Source: Promethearchaeia archaeon
GTDB lineage: Archaea > Asgardarchaeota > Lokiarchaeia > Sigyniarchaeales > SOKP01
Reading direction: 5' to 3'
Assembly: GCA_046497275.1 (NCBI GenBank)
Contig: JAWOFX010000032.1
Location: forward strand, 1 to 32,000
Length of the DNA: 32,000 nt
The notes beneath the pieces are model-generated. The model did not search any database and was not told where the DNA came from. It was given only the letters and a program-made list of their open reading frames with translations. Position 1 is the first letter of the stretch; every line of letters starts with the position of its first letter. Shown here piece after piece: positions 26,792-32,000 of the stretch. The translations under genes and the position numbers were made by a program.

Positions 26792-29269
26792 ATGCTTAAG
26801 ATTTCTCAAGATAATGAAGACTTAATAGATTTAAAAAATCGAAATCTCCATTTTGAATATTTTAAAACGGGCGAAAAAAAGGGAAGATTTAATATAAAAT
26901 TTCAAGATTTTGATGGGACATTATGTTGTTTAAAAAATTGTTATTGTTCAATCAACTATTTTAAAAATGGAACCAATATATTGGAAGAATATCCTTCATA
27001 TCTCTTTAATTTTGTATCAACAATAGAAGATATTCATGATAAAAATGGTGAAGGCCTAAATATTACCTTTTCAAGAAAATTTCCAGAGGAAAACAAATTC
27101 GATTTTAAACTTCTTGTAAAAATTTATGATGAAAATGATTTTATACTTTTAACATTAATCGATTTAAAGGATCTAAGTGAGAATTCTCATAAGATACACA
27201 GCATATCTCCTCTTACAATCAAAAATGAAAAATTGTGGTTAACTGGAAATAATTCACCAACGAATCTAAGAAATATTACTTGGTTTAAGAATGGTTGGCA
27301 GAGTTGGAGTCCTTGTAAGTTATTTTTTGGAGAGGAAAAAGATAGAAAAGGACCCCCTCTAAAAGTATTTAAGCGAACATTAGATAACCAAGATTATGAA
27401 ATTGAAGGTAGATTTTATAGTGAATATAATACTGTCATAACAGAAAAGGATTCAAATAATTCCCTTCTTTTGGGTTTTACTACTTTAAATAACCAGTTTT
27501 CACGAGTTATTCTTGATTATAAAAACTATAATAATTTAAAACTTTTGACGGCATTCAGTTGTATGGATGGTGTAAATTTTCACGACTCTACAATTGATTC
27601 GTCTGAAGAACTTTTTTTAACCATTAAAACAAAAAATTTAGCCTATTATGGATTAATTGATTATGCAAAAATCGTTAAAAACCATATTCAAGAAGAGAGA
27701 ATTAATGAGATTCCCATAGGTTGGTGTAGTTGGTATTATTATTTTACTGATATATCCGAAGAGGAAATGATTAAGAATTTTGAAATCTTTAAAAAAAATA
27801 AGGATACATTTCCGATTGATTTTATACAATTAGATGATGGTTATTTCACGAAAATAGGAGATTATAAGGAAATTAATGACAAATTTCCTCATGGTCTTTC
27901 TTGGTTATTTAAAAAATTAAAGCGTGCGGGATTTAAAGGCGGACTTTGGACAGCGCCTTTTCTTGCCGAGAAAGATTCTAACTTGCTTCAAACTCATAAA
28001 GATTGGTTCTTAACCAAAAAAGGCAAAGATAAACTGCTAAAAATTCACTTTAATTGGGGAAAATTTGAATATGGTCTAGACCTCTCAAAAAAAGAAGTTC
28101 TAGATTATTTAAAAGAAGATTTTAAAAATTTTCTCTATGCTCTTGAAGATCCAAGTAAAACTGATGATTCGATCGTAGATTATTTTAAAATTGATTTTTT
28201 GCATGCTGCTACTCCTTACGATGCGGATTATAAAGATAAATCTTTAACACGTGCTCAGCGGTATTACAATGGTATAAAAGCTATACGAGATGGAATAACT
28301 AATGATTCATATTTGCTTGGATGCGGAGCTCCATTAGGTCCTTGTGTTGGATTAGTAGATGCGATGAGAATAGGAACTGATACCGCTCCGAAATGGAAAA
28401 ATTTGGATTGGATTGGTGATAAACTTGGATTTAGTCTATCGAGTTTAAAGCGTGCCCTAATAAATGTTCTTTATCGTTCCTATATGCATACATATTTCTG
28501 GATTAATGATCCGGATTGTTTAATGATAAGAAGGAACGATACAGATTTAAATTTAAATGAAATCCAACTACAATTAACCTTGTTTGGCTTATCTGGTGGA
28601 CAAATACTTATTTCTGATGATATGACAAAACTATCAGAGGAGGAAATAAAGAATGCGAAATTAGTTTTACCTCCATATAATTCTGAATTGACAGATCCAA
28701 TTTTAACAGATGCATTTATTTCAAAACTTCCGACAATTTATTTTTTAGAATCTCAAGAATATTTTGGAAAACGATATCTCTCTGCAATCATTAATTGGGA
28801 AGATAATATGATAATTAAATCTATTTCTGTTTCTAAGATCATTCCTAATTTGTTAAAGGATGAGAAATCATTTTTTATATTTGATTTTTGGAATCAACAA
28901 TTTCTTGGCGAGGTTAAGAGAAATCAAAAAATAGATCTGGAAATTCCATCACATCATTGTGCCTATCTCTCTATTATATATACGAATGAATTAATTAAGG
29001 AAGAACCGATCTTGATATCATCGAATCTCCATATTTCACAAGGATGTTATGAAATTACTGATTTTGATTATGAAGAAGAAGAGGATATGATTACAATAAT
29101 TATAGATTTAATTGGTGAAAGAGAAGGAGATGTATTTATAAGATTACCTCCAGAAAAAGTTATTTCGGGATGTGAATGTCCTTTTTCACTTTTTGATAAA
29201 ATAAATAATATTTGGAAGGTCAGAGTCAGTTTTATCGACAATACGTCTTTAAAAATCTCCCTTTCTTAA
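26792..29269 (+). CDS. Alpha-galactosidase, glycoside hydrolase family 36 (clan GH-D)
   Basis: NGWQSWS, PIGWCSWYYYF, IQLDDGY, GLWTAPF, FKIDFL (nucleophile Asp), LGCGAP, MRIGTD (acid/base Asp), WINDPDC. Confidence 0.9.
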   Translation: MLKISQDNEDLIDLKNRNLHFEYFKTGEKKGRFNIKFQDFDGTLCCLKNCYCSINYFKNGTNILEEYPSYLFNFVSTIEDIHDKNGEGLNITFSRKFPEENKFDFKLLVKIYDENDFILLTLIDLKDLSENSHKIHSISPLTIKNEKLWLTGNNSPTNLRNITWFKNGWQSWSPCKLFFGEEKDRKGPPLKVFKRTLDNQDYEIEGRFYSEYNTVITEKDSNNSLLLGFTTLNNQFSRVILDYKNYNNLKLLTAFSCMDGVNFHDSTIDSSEELFLTIKTKNLAYYGLIDYAKIVKNHIQEERINEIPIGWCSWYYYFTDISEEEMIKNFEIFKKNKDTFPIDFIQLDDGYFTKIGDYKEINDKFPHGLSWLFKKLKRAGFKGGLWTAPFLAEKDSNLLQTHKDWFLTKKGKDKLLKIHFNWGKFEYGLDLSKKEVLDYLKEDFKNFLYALEDPSKTDDSIVDYFKIDFLHAATPYDADYKDKSLTRAQRYYNGIKAIRDGITNDSYLLGCGAPLGPCVGLVDAMRIGTDTAPKWKNLDWIGDKLGFSLSSLKRALINVLYRSYMHTYFWINDPDCLMIRRNDTDLNLNEIQLQLTLFGLSGGQILISDDMTKLSEEEIKNAKLVLPPYNSELTDPILTDAFISKLPTIYFLESQEYFGKRYLSAIINWEDNMIIKSISVSKIIPNLLKDEKSFFIFDFWNQQFLGEVKRNQKIDLEIPSHHCAYLSIIYTNELIKEEPILISSNLHISQGCYEITDFDYEEEEDMITIIIDLIGEREGDVFIRLPPEKVISGCECPFSLFDKINNIWKVRVSFIDNTSLKISLS

Positions 29270-29324
29270 ATAATAAAACAAGTTATAATCTTTTTTTGCA
29301 GTTCTTATTTATTAATATTATATT

Positions 29325-30809
29325 ATGACTCATTTTTTAGAAGATTTTTTAACACCTAAGAGCGTTGCAATTTACGGAGCTAATAATAAAGGAGCTGGAA
29401 TTGGATCAATTCAACTTATGGGTTTAATCATTTCTGGTTTTAAAGGAAATATTTATCCAATCCATTTGAAGTTGGAATCTGTGATGGGTTTTAAAGCTTA
29501 TAAAACCATTTCAGATGTTCCTGAGACGCCAGATCTTGTTATTGTAATTTTACCTCCAAAAATAGTTCCTCAAATTTTTCAAGAATGTGGGGAGAAAGGT
29601 GTAAAGCGAATTGTCTTAATTTCAGGAGGTTTTCGGGAGTTAACAGGAGATCGGAAAAATACTCTCCGGGAAGAGATCCAGAAAATTGCGGAAAAATTTG
29701 GAATTCGATTTATAGGGCCTAATTGTTTGGGTATTTATAATAGCTGGATCTATCCAGAAGATGAAACCAGCGCTTTGAATACGGCAATTTGGGAGAAACA
29801 GCAAAGAGGTTATTTTTCAATTGCAAGCCAAAGCGGAACCTTAGCATCTCATATATTTTTTGATCCTGATAATCTTGATTTAGGAATCAGTAGATCTCTT
29901 TCATTAGGAAATGAAGCGGATATTGATATCGTTGATTGTTTGGAATATTATAAAGAAGATGATAAGACAAAAGTAATCGGTCTCTATATTGAGGAACTAA
30001 AAAGGGCAAAAGATTTTTTAAGATTAGCAAAAGAAATTACTCCTAGTAAACCAATAATTGCCATCTATGTTGGAGGTTCACAAGCAGCTCAGAGAGCTGT
30101 GAAAAGTCACACTGGATCATTAGCGGGTAATGCAAAGATTTACGACGCAGCTTTTAAAGAGGCAGGAGTTATTAAAACGGAGTTGGTGTTAGAATTTTTG
30201 GATTTAGCAAGGGTATTAACTACGGAAATCTATCCAAAAGGTAATCGACTTGGAATAATAACAAATTCAGGAGGACCAGGCGTTATGATTGCAAATCATG
30301 CTGAAAAACAAGGAATAGTAGTCCCGAAATTTTCTGAAGAATTACAAAATCAGTTAAAAGAATATGTGATCCCTACTGCAAGTTTAAAAAATCCTATTGA
30401 TACAACCTTCGATATGAATTTTCAGAATTATTATATAAACATACCCAAAACTCTTATGCAATCAGGGGAAATAGATGCTATAATGATGTATGGAGTATTT
30501 GGATTTCAAGATGTGCTTAAAAACTTATTAAAACATGAGAGAGTAGCAAAATATGAAAACTTCCCTGATCAAGTTAAAAAAGATCTCCCCTTAGAGAAGA
30601 TGCTAGTCTCACCCCTCCTAAAATTATCAAAAAAATACTCAATTCCCGTTTTCTTGATAAATCCGCAAAATTATAATTCTCCTTGGTCTAAAAAAATAAG
30701 AAGTACAGGAGCAATACTCTTTCAATATTGGGATCGCCCAGTAAGATGTATGGCGAAATTGTGTGACTATTCTCAATACAAAAAGAAATTATCTGAAAAA
30801 ATCAAATAA
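29325..30809 (+). CDS. Acetate/acyl-CoA ligase (ADP-forming) alpha-subunit family, CoA-binding protein
   Basis: PKSVAIYGA, IGPNCLG, SQSG, SLGNEADID, SHTGSLAG (phospho-His), TNSGGPGV, NPIDTT. Confidence 0.92.
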   Translation: MTHFLEDFLTPKSVAIYGANNKGAGIGSIQLMGLIISGFKGNIYPIHLKLESVMGFKAYKTISDVPETPDLVIVILPPKIVPQIFQECGEKGVKRIVLISGGFRELTGDRKNTLREEIQKIAEKFGIRFIGPNCLGIYNSWIYPEDETSALNTAIWEKQQRGYFSIASQSGTLASHIFFDPDNLDLGISRSLSLGNEADIDIVDCLEYYKEDDKTKVIGLYIEELKRAKDFLRLAKEITPSKPIIAIYVGGSQAAQRAVKSHTGSLAGNAKIYDAAFKEAGVIKTELVLEFLDLARVLTTEIYPKGNRLGIITNSGGPGVMIANHAEKQGIVVPKFSEELQNQLKEYVIPTASLKNPIDTTFDMNFQNYYINIPKTLMQSGEIDAIMMYGVFGFQDVLKNLLKHERVAKYENFPDQVKKDLPLEKMLVSPLLKLSKKYSIPVFLINPQNYNSPWSKKIRSTGAILFQYWDRPVRCMAKLCDYSQYKKKLSEKIK

Positions 30810-30817
30810 AGGAATTT

Positions 30818-31243
30818 TTATTCTAAATTCTTTATTTCCATTTCATCTTTTAATTCTGTTCTGCCTTTTATGAGAGCATGACTGATATCTAAATTCTTAA
30901 AGGTCAATTTACTATCTTCTGCGACGATACAATAATCAAGTTTAAAGATATCTCCCAGCTTTACATTATCAAATATAATGGAATTGGAAATCTCATCATA
31001 ATCTCCGATCTCACAATTATCACCAATATAGACATTGGGTCCAAGCAAAACATCATCCCCGATAATCACATTCTTTCCTAAAACTACAGGTTCGATGAAT
31101 GTAGGATAATCACCAATATATTCTTCTATATTGTTTTTTATAATATTTCTACTGAGAAAATCTATCAATAAATCGGAACTTATTGCCTCTTGATTTTTTA
31201 TTTTTTTTTTTATATTTTTTAAATCATTTTCCATTTTAATCAC
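30818..31243 (-). CDS. Stand-alone left-handed beta-helix (hexapeptide repeat) protein resembling NDP-sugar synthase C-termini
   Basis: FIEPVVLGKNVIIGDDVLLGPNVYIGDNCEIG...SNSIIFDNVKLG; no nucleotidyltransferase domain. Confidence 0.8.
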   Translation of the reverse strand: MIKMENDLKNIKKKIKNQEAISSDLLIDFLSRNIIKNNIEEYIGDYPTFIEPVVLGKNVIIGDDVLLGPNVYIGDNCEIGDYDEISNSIIFDNVKLGDIFKLDYCIVAEDSKLTFKNLDISHALIKGRTELKDEMEIKNLE

Positions 31244-31290
31244 AAATAATATCGAATTTATATAAAAAGAATTTCATTCAATTAAAAAAC

Positions 31291-31971
31291 TTAAGATTCT
31301 AATGCTTCCAATAATTCATCCACTCCTTCATCAGTTCGAGCGCTTGTTAAGATTATTTTAGCATTAGGATTAATATTTTTGGCATCTTCAACCATCTTTT
31401 CCACATCGGTTTCAAGCCGTTCAGCTAGATCGATTTTATTAATAACTGCGATATCTGACATTTTAAATAAAAGCGGATGTTTCTCCACGACCCACTCCCC
31501 TTCAGTAACTGAAACAACTGTTATCCTTTTATCCATTCCAAGTATAAATTCTGAGGGGCAGATTAAATTTCCAACATTTTCCACAAATATAATATCATAA
31601 TCCGAGATTTTAATATTTTTCAAGACTTTGTCAATATGATATGCATTTAAAGCACATTCTCTCCCTGTGTTTATTTGAATCGCTTTAACATAATCCTTTT
31701 GAACACGATCAGCATCAACTCGAGTAGCAACATCTCCACAAACTACTAAAATCCTTTTTTCGGGTCCCATTTTCTCACTTATCCTCTCTATCAATGCTGT
31801 CTTTCCCGCACCAATCGCTCCTACAAAATCATAAGACTTAATATTGTTTTTTTTGAGATTTTGATTGATTTTTACTGCGATCAAATCATTATTTTTTTCC
31901 ACTTTTTTCTGAGTCTCAACAACAAATTCTCTATCCTCTTTTTTTGCTAATTTTCTGCTTTCAAGCTCCAT
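31291..31971 (-). CDS. hypB: Hydrogenase nickel incorporation GTPase
   Basis: GAIGAGKT, VCGDVATRVDADR, INTGRECALNA, ENVGNLICP, SVTEG..VVEKHP, NKIDL, SART. The frame stays open upstream to the window edge, so the start is uncertain. Confidence 0.93.
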   Translation of the reverse strand: MELESRKLAKKEDREFVVETQKKVEKNNDLIAVKINQNLKKNNIKSYDFVGAIGAGKTALIERISEKMGPEKRILVVCGDVATRVDADRVQKDYVKAIQINTGRECALNAYHIDKVLKNIKISDYDIIFVENVGNLICPSEFILGMDKRITVVSVTEGEWVVEKHPLLFKMSDIAVINKIDLAERLETDVEKMVEDAKNINPNAKIILTSARTDEGVDELLEALES

Positions 31972-32000
31972 TACCCTATCAAACTTTTCTTCCTCTTTTT

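Noticed and set aside
22400-31600. Short track ORFs 22400-22732, 23299-23493, 25629-25811 (all -) and 31379-31600 (+)
   Set aside because: Antisense shadows of hisG, hisD, the longin-like gene and hypB.
31972-32000. 3' end of an upstream gene overlapping the hypB start (GGG TAA TG), or an N-terminal extension of HypB (KEEEKFDRV-M)
   Set aside because: Both readings are open in the 29 nt available and cannot be resolved without flanking sequence.
1-32000. tRNA, rRNA, riboswitch or exact promoter calls in intergenic regions
   Set aside because: Intergenic stretches are extremely AT-rich; the only GC-enriched structured one is the SECIS. TATA-like words are too frequent to assign without TSS data.

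Overview
Very AT-rich archaeal window, most likely an Asgard archaeon of the Lokiarchaeia type. The assignment is inferred from a gelsolin-like protein, a tandem-longin-like protein, HEAT+LRR paralogues, a membrane-anchored winged-helix regulator and a eukaryote-like SECIS. It holds 24 complete CDSs plus one that runs off the left edge: hisS, pyrF, hdrA-mvhD, a ZIP transporter, two radical SAM enzymes, AMP phosphorylase, three LRR genes, DNA ligase, hisG-hisD-hisC, a GH36 alpha-galactosidase, an ADP-forming acyl-CoA ligase and hypB. Two loci that the ORF track breaks into pieces look like intact genes that need recoding or processing. (1) AMP phosphorylase (11609-13178) is split inside its DKHSTGG motif by a 31-nt insert (12136-12166). 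The insert folds into a bulge-helix-bulge-type splice motif with the geometry expected for the archaeal tRNA-splicing endonuclease, so it is a candidate mRNA intron and the main novel observation. (2) hdrA (3 in-frame UGA) and mvhD (2 in-frame UGA) are selenoproteins; the only SECIS-like hairpin I could fold lies at the mvhD stop and overlaps it. No rRNA, tRNA, CRISPR array or transposase was recognised. All calls are by eye; no searches or folding programs were run.
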